This document shows positions 30,727 through 40,172 of a DNA stretch of 64,000 nt, in pieces. This DNA comes from Candidatus Dojkabacteria bacterium. GTDB taxonomy: Bacteria; Patescibacteriota; Dojkabacteria; B142; JAFGFJ01. Below the pieces are notes generated by a model. That model did not search any database. It had not been told where the DNA came from and saw only the letters and a list, made by a program, of their open reading frames with translations. The number at the start of each line of letters is the position of its first letter. Positions within the stretch are counted from its first letter, which is position 1. Location of the stretch: assembly GCA_016931155.1 (NCBI GenBank), contig JAFGFJ010000010.1:564-64563 (forward strand). The letters run 5' to 3'. Made by a program: the position numbers and the translations under genes.

Positions 30727-33162
30727 TTACAATTCAAAATCCCTGATCAGGGAAAGATCTATCTTCCAAATTTTAGTCCCATCAAGAACATAGAGGTTGT
30801 TGTTAGAAGTATCAACCACAACTTCTTTAATATTCTTAAATATTTCTCCCTCTGGTTTTACTTGTGCAATAAGATCGAAAATGCCGGCATTTTCTCCTCT
30901 GCTCTTTGTAAACACAAGAACTCTTCTGTTAACTGGATCCGCAAAAAATATTTTTGTTGCATCAACATCCATTGCAACAGATTCATTAACACTATCCCCT
31001 GATGGAAGCCCCTGTATACTTACAGGATCCTTATTTTCACCAAGATACCTGCTAAGTCCGCTTCCTTTTGAAAGAATATATACACGACCATCAACGGCAA
31101 TATCAGAAGCATTTGCAAAAGCATCCTCACGAGCTCTCAATATTGGAAGGGAATACCCGGAAGAACCCTCACTTCTCATATACACAAGATCTTTCGTATC
31201 AGTCCTCACTGCATAAATTCTATCTTCGCTTCCCACTCTGTAAGCCTCGAGCTGAACAACATTTCCAAGCTTTCCTCTCGACAAACCGAGATGCTTTGTA
31301 ACCGCTTTTGTTTCAATATTTATTGTCGCTAGAGCCTTATCCTCACTATTGTCATGTACAATTAGTTCCTTTTTCTGATCAAATGCAATTGCTCTCGGAC
31401 CTGATAAATTGCTCCCAGATGGGATAAATTCCACCGGATCATCTCCTCCTGTTGACACCTTGTAAATGACACTTCTTCCTGAGTCGGAAACATAGAGAAA
31501 ACCATCTAATAGATCAAAATCGTAAGTATCTGCATCTTCGAAATGTGCCGCAAAGTCGACAAGAAGAGATGGAGACATGACCAACACCCTGTTTAATTTG
31601 TTTTTTAGCATTTCCACCAGGTCTTCAGCATTTTCTATGTCCTCAACGAGAACTCCCAACTTCCTGGCTTCAGACAGCTTTGTAGAAGCCTTCTCAAGAT
31701 CGGCAAGCAGTTCCTCCTTTCTCTCACTATTTGTTGGACTGTTCAGCACAACTGGAACATTCTGACTGACTGTCTCCGCAACCTCTTTCGCATTATCAAC
31801 AAGCACCCGTGCTTCTTCTGTTAATTTTCTCGTTTTTGCATCATCAACTTGAGCCTTTATTCCAAAATAGAGAATAAACCCTATTACGACAATTAGAATT
31901 GCTATCACCTTCCAATTTTTTTTCACTCCTGCACCCCTCAGGAAGATTTTATCCTGATCGGCTCCCAGCCAACCTAAAACAGTCTTTTTTACGACAAGAA
32001 TTACTTCCCATATTTTTCTTCCTGCCTTTTGTAGAATATACAAATAAGTTGGAAGCTCTTTATCAACCACTTCCTGACCGAATTGATCAGATCTGGAAAC
32101 CTTTGTTTCAAAACCAGGAGCATCAACCGGGGAAACTCCCGAGACCGATACAGTTCGCTTATTGCCAGCTATCTGATCCTTTATTCTATTGAAATAAGCA
32201 ACGCCTTTGTCAATAATCTGTTTACCTTTCTCTTTAATTTTTTCAGCAACTGTCTTCTGTTCACTGAATCTGGAGGATTTGGAGTAATCGTATGGCAAAG
32301 TTTCTTCCTCTTTTTCGTCCCTAGGTTCAAAATCGAGTCGCTCTCTCTTTTCGGTATCCCCAAATTCTTTCGTTTCTTCATTTACTTGCTCTGACTCTAA
32401 CTCCCGAGCAGTAGTATTTGCCTGTTCTGATTTGGCAACAAATGATTCTCCTCCTTGTGCTTTCATTAAAGTAGCCCCCTTTTCGGTTTCCTTATCCTCT
32501 ACTTTAACCATAACAAGGGCAATCATTGAGTCATTTTCTATCATTCTACCTTTTAAATTTTGTTCTGAGAAATTTGATACAGATTCTACAAAATCATCTT
32601 CACTATATTCCTCAACAGCCTCAGGAGTAGCAAGCATATATACGTCGCCTGCTTCGATTCTGGAGCTTCCAACCTTGATTATTCCCTCACCTGTTGGGTC
32701 TTTGAGATATGAAGTAATATCAAGAAGATTCCCACCCCTGAAAACGTAGGCTCGTGCCTGCCCCATTGAAACAAAGTAAACAAAGCCGGCATACACGACC
32801 ATTGTATTGAGATGAACTTCAACTCCTTCTTCATGAACACTCACTTCGTTTTCAATGAGAGTCATTAGCCTTCTTTCCATTCCCATCACAGCCTTCTCAA
32901 GCGAAATAAGCACAGAATCTTTCTCATTCTCAAAATAATTTTCATGGAAATGGTCAAGCAGAAGATTGCCCGCCGTGGAAGTATCGAAATCCTCTGGTCC
33001 TCTGAGAGTAATTACCGCAAATATCTCCCCCCTCCTCTCAAAAACACTTTCACCCTGAGGACGATACGAATAAACACTAGCCCATACTCCAGGTTTATTC
33101 TTACCGATAAAATATTTTCGTGCCAGTGTAAATTTGTCCATCGTCAAAAGGCAGTCCTTCAA
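30727..33162 (-). CDS. Large membrane-anchored protein with an N-terminal PP2C-like (apparently degenerate) domain, an acidic linker, one TM, and a C-terminal NHL/beta-propeller-like repeat domain
   Basis: The 811-aa ORF has VSMGQARAYVFRGGNLLDITS and DVYMLATPEAV, which resemble PP2C motifs, but the DGMGG and GDSR aspartates are replaced (RGPED, GQAR). The TM is WKVIAILIVVIGFILYFGI. The C-terminus has about six repeats of the type hhhDxxGxhYVxD. Confidence 0.4.
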   Translation of the reverse strand: MKDCLLTMDKFTLARKYFIGKNKPGVWASVYSYRPQGESVFERRGEIFAVITLRGPEDFDTSTAGNLLLDHFHENYFENEKDSVLISLEKAVMGMERRLMTLIENEVSVHEEGVEVHLNTMVVYAGFVYFVSMGQARAYVFRGGNLLDITSYLKDPTGEGIIKVGSSRIEAGDVYMLATPEAVEEYSEDDFVESVSNFSEQNLKGRMIENDSMIALVMVKVEDKETEKGATLMKAQGGESFVAKSEQANTTARELESEQVNEETKEFGDTEKRERLDFEPRDEKEEETLPYDYSKSSRFSEQKTVAEKIKEKGKQIIDKGVAYFNRIKDQIAGNKRTVSVSGVSPVDAPGFETKVSRSDQFGQEVVDKELPTYLYILQKAGRKIWEVILVVKKTVLGWLGADQDKIFLRGAGVKKNWKVIAILIVVIGFILYFGIKAQVDDAKTRKLTEEARVLVDNAKEVAETVSQNVPVVLNSPTNSERKEELLADLEKASTKLSEARKLGVLVEDIENAEDLVEMLKNKLNRVLVMSPSLLVDFAAHFEDADTYDFDLLDGFLYVSDSGRSVIYKVSTGGDDPVEFIPSGSNLSGPRAIAFDQKKELIVHDNSEDKALATINIETKAVTKHLGLSRGKLGNVVQLEAYRVGSEDRIYAVRTDTKDLVYMRSEGSSGYSLPILRAREDAFANASDIAVDGRVYILSKGSGLSRYLGENKDPVSIQGLPSGDSVNESVAMDVDATKIFFADPVNRRVLVFTKSRGENAGIFDLIAQVKPEGEIFKNIKEVVVDTSNNNLYVLDGTKIWKIDLSLIRDFEL

Positions 33163-33207
33163 CCTATTCCAGGATATCAGGACTAGATTATACTAACCCA
33201 TTTTAGC

Positions 33208-33420
33208 TCAAAAGAAAAACACTACCATCAGAAAAACAACCAGGAGAATAAGAATAGAAAAAACCGTACAACCAATAACACATCCTGATGGTCTGGTTTT
33301 AACCAACCTATTGATTGATCTTGTCTGATGCAGAACAACAAGACCAACCAGCAAATGAAACAACGTTGCAATAACAAGAGCGGTTTTAATTATTATTTCT
33401 AAAATCTTATATTCGTTCAT
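33208..33420 (-). CDS. Small two-TM membrane protein
   Basis: A 70-aa ORF with two hydrophobic helices. Confidence 0.4.
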   Translation of the reverse strand: MNEYKILEIIIKTALVIATLFHLLVGLVVLHQTRSINRLVKTRPSGCVIGCTVFSILILLVVFLMVVFFF

Positions 33421-33462
33421 TACAGTAAATTGTTTTAATTCTGTAAGAGAGACCCGGTCAAA

Positions 33463-34098
33463 CTATCTTCTGACAAACTTTTCATGACCTCTGGTCTTAA
33501 CGGCAGAGCTCAGATCTCCAATTACGTCTCTAAACCTGGATGGCTGAGGAACCGCTCTAAACTTAAAGTTTCCCCTCTCAGCAGCAGAACTGATAATCAC
33601 TGTTCCGTAGTGAAAAAGGCTGGGGAGAAGACCGACTGTTGAATCCCTAATATCTTGAATATCTTCAAGAGCCAACTCAATAACATGGTAAGAAGATATC
33701 GGACTAAACTCATAGTCAATAAGCCTCTGATTTGTTACCAGATAAATATCAAAATACCAGTCTAAAAAATTGAAAAGAACATATGTAAGCAAAAACGAAT
33801 AATAAATTACTATTACAATAAGCTGTCTCTCGAGAGATACAAAATCACCCAACGGTATCCCGAAAGTATCGATCAAGTAGGCAACTACAAAGGGAACTAT
33901 AAAGACTGCACCTGCTGTGATCATCCAGCCAATATTTGTAAGTATGTGGGGTCTAATGAGAACAAATACTTTTTCATATGGATTTTGTGTTCCAAATCTT
34001 ATCCCCTTCGGATTTATCTCGTAGCTTGAAAAGGGACCTCCTTCATGATCCGGAAGAATACCGGCAGCTGAATCAATTCGTCTTATTGGTTGCGCCAT
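33463..34098 (-). CDS. Membrane protein with a bacterial PH (bPH_2/YdbT-like) domain
   Basis: The 211-aa ORF has two TM helices followed by a domain of about 100 aa that ends in Y-rich beta strands (DIYLVTNQRLIDYEF...). Confidence 0.45.
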   Translation of the reverse strand: MAQPIRRIDSAAGILPDHEGGPFSSYEINPKGIRFGTQNPYEKVFVLIRPHILTNIGWMITAGAVFIVPFVVAYLIDTFGIPLGDFVSLERQLIVIVIYYSFLLTYVLFNFLDWYFDIYLVTNQRLIDYEFSPISSYHVIELALEDIQDIRDSTVGLLPSLFHYGTVIISSAAERGNFKFRAVPQPSRFRDVIGDLSSAVKTRGHEKFVRR

Positions 34099-34235
34099 GG
34101 AAAGTGAATGTTATATTGAATTTTAACACTTTATAAAAGGACAAAAAAGACCTGCCCCTTGAGAGTTTTGCGGAAGAAATTTTTAATGAAATATTGTGAA
34201 TCCTGTCCAATCTAAATTGTTTATTTATCTTTCTA

Positions 34236-35981
34236 CTAACCCTGTTGCATAAACCAGGTAAGCGAATAGATATAGTCAGTCTGCCCCGAAGGTTTTACGT
34301 TTGCAACCCAGTTATTCCAGATAGCCTTGAAAAGCCACCCTGACATGACCGCACTGCCGTTTGTGCCAATGAATTTTACCTGCTTCACCCTGTTCGAACC
34401 ATCTCTTACAAAAGTCATTCCCGTGACTGAACCAACAGAATTCCTGGTGCTTTGTAAAAAGATTTTTGCACCACCTGTATTGTAATTTGCAGCACTATAG
34501 TCCAGCATCTGATTTATCTCAGCATAAGTATAGCTGTTTGTTCTCCAGGTCCAGTTTGTGTAAGAATAGCTTGCAGCAGTTCCTGTGTCATTTACATGAC
34601 GAAGATAAGAATAAGGTGTTCCAACCCCGTTAAAACTTGAAAACACTGTGTCATTATCCGCAGTTCCATAGCCCTGATTGTTATCCGAAGAATATAGTGC
34701 TCGTATCACCTGTCCGTTATGAGTAGCACCTGTTGAAACAATAACCTGTTTTGAAGTTTCATCCGCTGCCCACTGTTTGTTTGTTCCTCCCTTATAAACC
34801 TGACAGGAAGCTGTCGTACAAATTGTCCCTCCATAACTCATTGCATAAGAACGGGCAGCTATCACCTGTGCCTTAATTGCTTCAGCAGGCCAGCAATCCC
34901 ATATCGTAGAAGGATTATCAACTGCATATTTTGCAGGATTTGAATTAACCTGTTCCTGTGTTCCACATGCCTTATCAGGCACTTCACCAAGACCAGCAAC
35001 ATATGTTTCCATATCCATATTCCCGTACCCTGAAACACTTACAACTGCACTCCTTTGCTCGATCTTTGTTTGAGAATAATAAAAAGTCACTATCTGCTGT
35101 GCTGTCCACCCTTTCTGTGCAGCACCATACGCACCAAACTGCGACATACCGACCCCATGACCTTGATAAAGATCTCTTCCTCGACCTGTGAAATATATCT
35201 CACCAGACTCGATTGGTAAAGTACCACCATTAGTTGAACCGCCTGTCTGTATATCTTCAAGTGCTTTTATTGCCTTCTGCTCCTCTGAGAGTTGCCCTAT
35301 TGCCGACTGAACCGTTCCTATCTGTCCCCTTATCCCTGCCACTGCACCGCTTGTCGAGGCTATAGTAGAATTTAGTTTTTCGAGTTGTTGAGCAAGTTCA
35401 ACCTTTCTGCTCTCCAAATCTTTCGTTTTTATTTCAAGATTCTTCTTTTCCTCAGTATTGGAAGCAAGATCGTTTTCAATCTGCACTAATTCCCCGGAAA
35501 GACCCTTTATCCAATCTTTCTCATCAAGAGTAATAGCGGTTTGATAAGTTGCAGTTTTTACAAAATCCTTTTCTGAGCTGAAAATTACATCCGTAAAACG
35601 AGTCATTTTCCAACTGAGATAAGAATCACGTACAAAACCGTCCTGCCTCTTCTCTCTTTCCTCCTTTTCAAGTTCTTTTATGTATTTATTTTGTTCAAGC
35701 TCTTCCAGTTTCAAATTGTTATATTCAATTTGAGCTTCAATTTCCTTCATTTCCGCATCAATCTGCGCATAAGCTGAGTTTGTACTATTTCTCTGGGAAG
35801 CGTAATAATTGAGATCTTTCTGAATATTACCAAGTTTTTCCTGTAGCTTACTAAGTTCGGCATTTTTTCTTTCAAGTTCCAACTGAATTTCTTCAGTTGT
35901 TTTTGCATATGCGGGAGAAAGACAAGCAGAAAAAAAGGTTGCCAATATAAGAGGGAAAATTGTTAAATGCTTTAATTTCAT
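34236..35981 (-). CDS. Secreted coiled-coil protein with a C-terminal SpoIID/LytB domain
   Basis: The 581-aa ORF has the signal peptide MKLKHLTIFPLILATFFSACLSPAYA, a long coiled coil, and the SpoIID-type motif YQGHGVGMSQFGAYGAAQKGWTAQQIV. Confidence 0.65.
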   Translation of the reverse strand: MKLKHLTIFPLILATFFSACLSPAYAKTTEEIQLELERKNAELSKLQEKLGNIQKDLNYYASQRNSTNSAYAQIDAEMKEIEAQIEYNNLKLEELEQNKYIKELEKEEREKRQDGFVRDSYLSWKMTRFTDVIFSSEKDFVKTATYQTAITLDEKDWIKGLSGELVQIENDLASNTEEKKNLEIKTKDLESRKVELAQQLEKLNSTIASTSGAVAGIRGQIGTVQSAIGQLSEEQKAIKALEDIQTGGSTNGGTLPIESGEIYFTGRGRDLYQGHGVGMSQFGAYGAAQKGWTAQQIVTFYYSQTKIEQRSAVVSVSGYGNMDMETYVAGLGEVPDKACGTQEQVNSNPAKYAVDNPSTIWDCWPAEAIKAQVIAARSYAMSYGGTICTTASCQVYKGGTNKQWAADETSKQVIVSTGATHNGQVIRALYSSDNNQGYGTADNDTVFSSFNGVGTPYSYLRHVNDTGTAASYSYTNWTWRTNSYTYAEINQMLDYSAANYNTGGAKIFLQSTRNSVGSVTGMTFVRDGSNRVKQVKFIGTNGSAVMSGWLFKAIWNNWVANVKPSGQTDYIYSLTWFMQQG

Positions 35982-36173
35982 TTTTGAAGCTTAAAAGTGC
36001 AAGCCAAAATAACTCGACCATTATACCACAGAATTTTGTAGTGAAATAAGAGCTGATGCGATCTTACAACCACATAGTCACAAAATACTACAATCACATG
36101 TCTTTACAATCTGGTGGTCTACAACTCTGGAATCTTTCGAATTACAGTTAAGTGACTTTGATTAATGGTTCTA

Positions 36174-36225
36174 ATACTGAGACTCTACGGGCTTTGCCAG
36201 TAGGTTTAAGATCGGTTATGCTGAA
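36174..36225. repeat. Conserved intergenic motif, copy B
   Basis: atactgagactctacgggctttgccagtaggtttaagatcggttatgctgaa. It shares tactgagactctacgg and ttaagatcggttat exactly with copy A1. Confidence 0.7.
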
Positions 36226-36394
36226 TATATTGGTATCCGTCCTTCAACTGAAGGATACAGCAATCGTGCAGTCTTAAAGAAAAAATCTTACACGGGGAAT
36301 TCCACAACGTCGTACCAGAACGCAAAGCATAGTATCAAATCACAAACCGAAACATCAAACCATAAACTGTATCGCCAAATCATAAACCGTATCA

Positions 36395-38506
36395 TTAAAT
36401 CACAACTGAGTTGCCCCAGTCATTATATTCCTCATGATGAGTAAGAAGAATAACTTGATGTTTCTCCCCTATTTCCTTGAGAATTTCCTTTGTTGTTTCT
36501 TTTCTCGTCTCATCAAATGTCACAAAAGGATCGTCCAAAATAATCGGTGGGTTCGAGTCCTTTGCTACCAGATCCAGAATAGCAAGTCTGGTCAAAAAAT
36601 AGATCTGGTCAACCGTTCCTTTTGAAAGAACGGAAACAGGGTCTATCCAGTCGCCCTTCTCCTTTGAAAAAACCTGAATACTCAGATTTTTTTCTATTTT
36701 CACATCCGAATATCTGTCTTGCGTAAGCCTCGCTAGATACATTTTTACAAATTCTTTTATAATTTTTCCCGCATCTTTTGCTGTACCTTCAATAGACTGA
36801 TCAATGGTTTCCCTGACAAGCTCCAAGACTTTCCGCTTCTTTTTGTAGTAACTGTATTCTTCATTGAGCCTCTCCAATAGCTCCTCCTCTTCAACTACAT
36901 CATCTATGCTGATCTCTGCATCCTGCACCCTTACCTTTGAAGCTGTCTCAAGCTCACTCAATCTTTTCTCCTCCATTTTTAGTGTATCAAGCTCACGTCT
37001 TTTTCTAAGATATTCTTCAGAAGTAAGATTTGAATTTCTAACGTCTTCAGTAAGCTCGTTCACCTCAACTTCTTTCTTCTTTGCGAAAAGTTCAGCCTGC
37101 TCCCCTTTGATTTGCTCCAGACTCTTACCTTCAAGCATTCCCTTCTGAAGAGACTCCAGGTTCGCCCTCTCCTCAAGAAAACCTCTAAGTTTTGCTTTTT
37201 TTGTATAAAATTCGTCAGAGTCTCTGACCTTAATTTCCTCAAATTTTTTTTCAAGACAGGCACTTTCTTTTCCAATTTGCTCAATTATTTCCTTGAGCTG
37301 TTTTTCCCTCATCTCAACTTCCTTCCTCCCTTCTTTACCTGCAGAGCCTTTTTGTGAATTGAAAAACATGTAGGCACCAATTACAAAAGTGATACCAAGA
37401 CCTGTCAATAAAATGTCTAATCTACTAAGTAGAATATATAGGACAATTGTTACAACAAGAAAAAACAAAGGAACTAAAAGCCTTGGAAATACGGGGTTAT
37501 CCGGCTTCTCTGCTTCCACAATTTCCTCCCTTTCAAGTTTTGCTATTGTCTCCTTTTTTGCTCTGATAGAGCCAGTTAGTTCGTTTACTTCTTTTGCAGT
37601 TTTTTCAAGATCAATCGAATCCAGCGGTTTAAAATTTTCAATCTGCGACCGAATGTTGGAAATTTGTGTACTAATTTCAGACACTTCGCTCATTTTTCGC
37701 TCCAGGCGTACTATTTGCTGTTCAATTTCTTTGATCTTTTGGCTTCCTTCCTTGAATTTCCTGTTGTATTCTATCTGTTTTTCTACCAGTGAAATCTTCT
37801 CTGTAACAGACTCAAGTTCCCCTTTGGAGCTCTTTCCTTCGTTTGCAGCACTTTTTACTTTCTCCCATTTCTGCTTTTTGTCTTCAAGATTTTGCATAGT
37901 CTCGGAAATTTTTACTTCCAGCTCTTTCAATTTTCCGGGACTATTTGTCGGACGGTCGAGACCTTTTTTGAGCTCAGCCAGTTCCCTGTCTATTTCTTTT
38001 ATTACTGTCCCTACTCCTTCCTCGACTCCTCCTGCTGAGGCCGCACTTTGAATTGAAGCAACAAGATCCTCACTACTTTCTATCCTCGCAAGATCGGATT
38101 GGCTTACAAAAGCACTTGATTCAAAGACCTTTACAGACTTGATCCCGAGAAGCTGACCGATAGATGCTTCAACACCTTTTATATCGTTAGTTTCTTTTTT
38201 TGTATCAAGGTTTGTAAGCTTGGCAAGTTTCAGACCGAAGTCTTTAGTGAGCTGAAACTTGCCAAGCGGGGAAGTTCCTTCCGCCTGTAAGAATATGCTT
38301 CCGCTCTCATCCCACGAGCCGTACCTGTCAAAAAATTGTTTTGACTTTGTAGTCGGATCTGCAAAAAGAAGGGTAAGTATTGCTTCAGAAAGAGTTGATT
38401 TGCCGGCCTCGTTGAGTCCCTGCACTACATTTACTCCATCGCTGAACTCAAAGGTTTTATCCTTAAACTTTCTGAAATTTTTAATTGTAAGTTTTGTAAT
38501 TTTCAT
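36395..38506 (-). CDS. sbcC: SbcC/Rad50-like ABC ATPase with a TM hairpin in the coiled-coil apex (YhaN-like)
   Basis: The 703-aa ORF has N-terminal Walker A GLNEAGKSTLSEAI, a signature motif LSKGTVDQ, Walker B and D-loop PIILDDPF, and an H-loop VILLTHH. Two TM helices (LLVPLFFLVVTIVLYILLS and LGITFVIGAYMFF) sit in the middle of the coiled coil. Confidence 0.7.
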   Translation of the reverse strand: MKITKLTIKNFRKFKDKTFEFSDGVNVVQGLNEAGKSTLSEAILTLLFADPTTKSKQFFDRYGSWDESGSIFLQAEGTSPLGKFQLTKDFGLKLAKLTNLDTKKETNDIKGVEASIGQLLGIKSVKVFESSAFVSQSDLARIESSEDLVASIQSAASAGGVEEGVGTVIKEIDRELAELKKGLDRPTNSPGKLKELEVKISETMQNLEDKKQKWEKVKSAANEGKSSKGELESVTEKISLVEKQIEYNRKFKEGSQKIKEIEQQIVRLERKMSEVSEISTQISNIRSQIENFKPLDSIDLEKTAKEVNELTGSIRAKKETIAKLEREEIVEAEKPDNPVFPRLLVPLFFLVVTIVLYILLSRLDILLTGLGITFVIGAYMFFNSQKGSAGKEGRKEVEMREKQLKEIIEQIGKESACLEKKFEEIKVRDSDEFYTKKAKLRGFLEERANLESLQKGMLEGKSLEQIKGEQAELFAKKKEVEVNELTEDVRNSNLTSEEYLRKRRELDTLKMEEKRLSELETASKVRVQDAEISIDDVVEEEELLERLNEEYSYYKKKRKVLELVRETIDQSIEGTAKDAGKIIKEFVKMYLARLTQDRYSDVKIEKNLSIQVFSKEKGDWIDPVSVLSKGTVDQIYFLTRLAILDLVAKDSNPPIILDDPFVTFDETRKETTKEILKEIGEKHQVILLTHHEEYNDWGNSVVI

Positions 38507-39612
38507 TAATTTTTCTGTGTCCCTGATAGTTTTTTCACTCCATACTGGATAGCTTCATCAATTATTTCCTTGTCTTCTACTTCATTTTCCCTTAGGAGCT
38601 TGATGTATCGACCGATCAAAAGCTCCTGAGGGTATTTATCCAGTTCTTCCTGTGTAAGTTCCAGATGAGATTCGTCTGCAATCTTTAGATAGAAAAATTT
38701 ACCTCTCATTGTATCTTCCAGTTCTTCTTTATCCAGATCAAAAGAAAGAGATTTTTTTCCCTTTATCGATACAAGTTTTATCAGATTTTCATGAGCATCC
38801 AAGAGAATATCCTTCTGAAGAGATGAAAGGTTCTCGTATTTGCCAAGATCCACCTCCTGCACAATTACTTCTCTCTTGCCTACTCTTAGAGGAATTACCC
38901 TGGTTCCAGAATCAATCTCAATAAGCAGTACATTTCCCGAACCTTTCTGATCTGAGTCGATAAGCTCAGGAGAGCCTGAGTACCAGACCTTGTCTTTTAC
39001 TACTTCAAGCCTGCTGTGCCAGTCACCAAGAGCCACATATTCGACAGGCAAAGATTCAAGAAGTTTTACATCAATGGGGTAATTATCTGCTTCCCTTCCT
39101 GCCATATTTACCGATCCGTGAATCAAAGCAACACTGTTTTTTGTTTTCGCTTTTTCGTTTATTTTAATTTCTGAAAGAGGAGATTTCCTGCTTTTCTGAA
39201 GCACTGCAGACACACCATAAACTGTAAGGTCAAGATCTTCCACAATCCAGATAGAGCCATTTTCGGGAGTAAAAATATGAATATTGGAGCTGTCACCGCA
39301 GAACTCATCTGAAAGAAACACCGAGCCGGGTTCGAGCCTGTCATGATTTCCCGCAATAATTGCTACCTTGATAAGAGCTTTTGCAAGCTTTTCCAGCTGT
39401 GATTTTACAAAATTTATACTAATTTTCGAAGGAAAAGGGTTGTCAAAAAGATCCCCGGAAATAGCAACAAGGTCAACTTTTTTCTCAATTGCCACATCTA
39501 CAACTTTCTCAAACGTCTGCCTGATCTGGTCTCTCTGAACATTTGATTTGTCTTTCAGATAGGACAGTTTTGCCCCAATATGAATATCACTGGTATGAAG
39601 AATTTTTATCAT
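38506..39612 (-). CDS. sbcD: SbcD/Mre11-like metallophosphoesterase nuclease (YhaO-like)
   Basis: The 368-aa ORF has the calcineurin-like motifs ILHTSDIHIG, GDLFD and GNHD. It abuts the sbcC-like start. Confidence 0.7.
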   Translation of the reverse strand: MIKILHTSDIHIGAKLSYLKDKSNVQRDQIRQTFEKVVDVAIEKKVDLVAISGDLFDNPFPSKISINFVKSQLEKLAKALIKVAIIAGNHDRLEPGSVFLSDEFCGDSSNIHIFTPENGSIWIVEDLDLTVYGVSAVLQKSRKSPLSEIKINEKAKTKNSVALIHGSVNMAGREADNYPIDVKLLESLPVEYVALGDWHSRLEVVKDKVWYSGSPELIDSDQKGSGNVLLIEIDSGTRVIPLRVGKREVIVQEVDLGKYENLSSLQKDILLDAHENLIKLVSIKGKKSLSFDLDKEELEDTMRGKFFYLKIADESHLELTQEELDKYPQELLIGRYIKLLRENEVEDKEIIDEAIQYGVKKLSGTQKN

Positions 39613-39836
39613 AACCTTTATAAATTAGATGGCATAAATATCAATAATTGCCATGCTTCTATCTGGTCAATTTTTTGATCCCAGATATTCCAGAAATAAG
39701 TTATTGCTCAATCTGAATCTAACTTATTCCTAAAGATGCGTCAACTTACAGTAGAATACTTGCCAAATATCTACCAGAAACAAAAGGAGGTCATACTCCG
39801 AAGTAAAAATCCCATGAATCCTAAAAGAGTAGAGAC

Positions 39837-40172
39837 TTACTTGCAGGAAACGTAATAGTCCCAGAAGTAGCCATGAGCCTGACAGGAAGGTTGAGAGGTG
39901 ATACGGCTTTCGGTAGATGACGAGCAGTCAACGCACCTGGCACAAGCCTGCAAATACCCGGAATTTTCCTGTTCAGTTATTACTACCAGTGTACCGGCTC
40001 TTGAAGCGTCACAAACATAGCTGGACGACCTGATTTGTGTATACGCGAGCCTTTGTAAAGACACTCTGGTGAGACCCGAAGGAATGTCTGTTATTCCCCT
40101 GCTCCCCCCCCAGAAGTACATGCATTTGGAAAAACCAATTGGAATGCAGGTAAAGTCAGCTGTTCCATACAC
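39837..40172 (-). pseudogene. Cys-rich tail ORF that is probably the out-of-frame continuation of pilin-like gene 40091..40603, with a G8 slippage tract at the junction
   Basis: The 111-aa ORF has eight or more Cys and no signal peptide. It overlaps the 3' end of the upstream pilin-like gene by 82 nt in another frame. The homopolymer cccccccc at 40104-40111 (G8 on the coding strand) lies in the overlap. Confidence 0.45.

Noticed and set aside
36864-38051. Plus-strand ORFs 36864..37148, 37112..37357 and 37389..38051 (Ser/Phe-rich)
   Set aside because: They are antisense to the well-supported sbcC-like gene. Their Ser/Leu/Phe-rich low-complexity translations are typical of antisense frames of Glu/Lys-rich coiled-coil genes.
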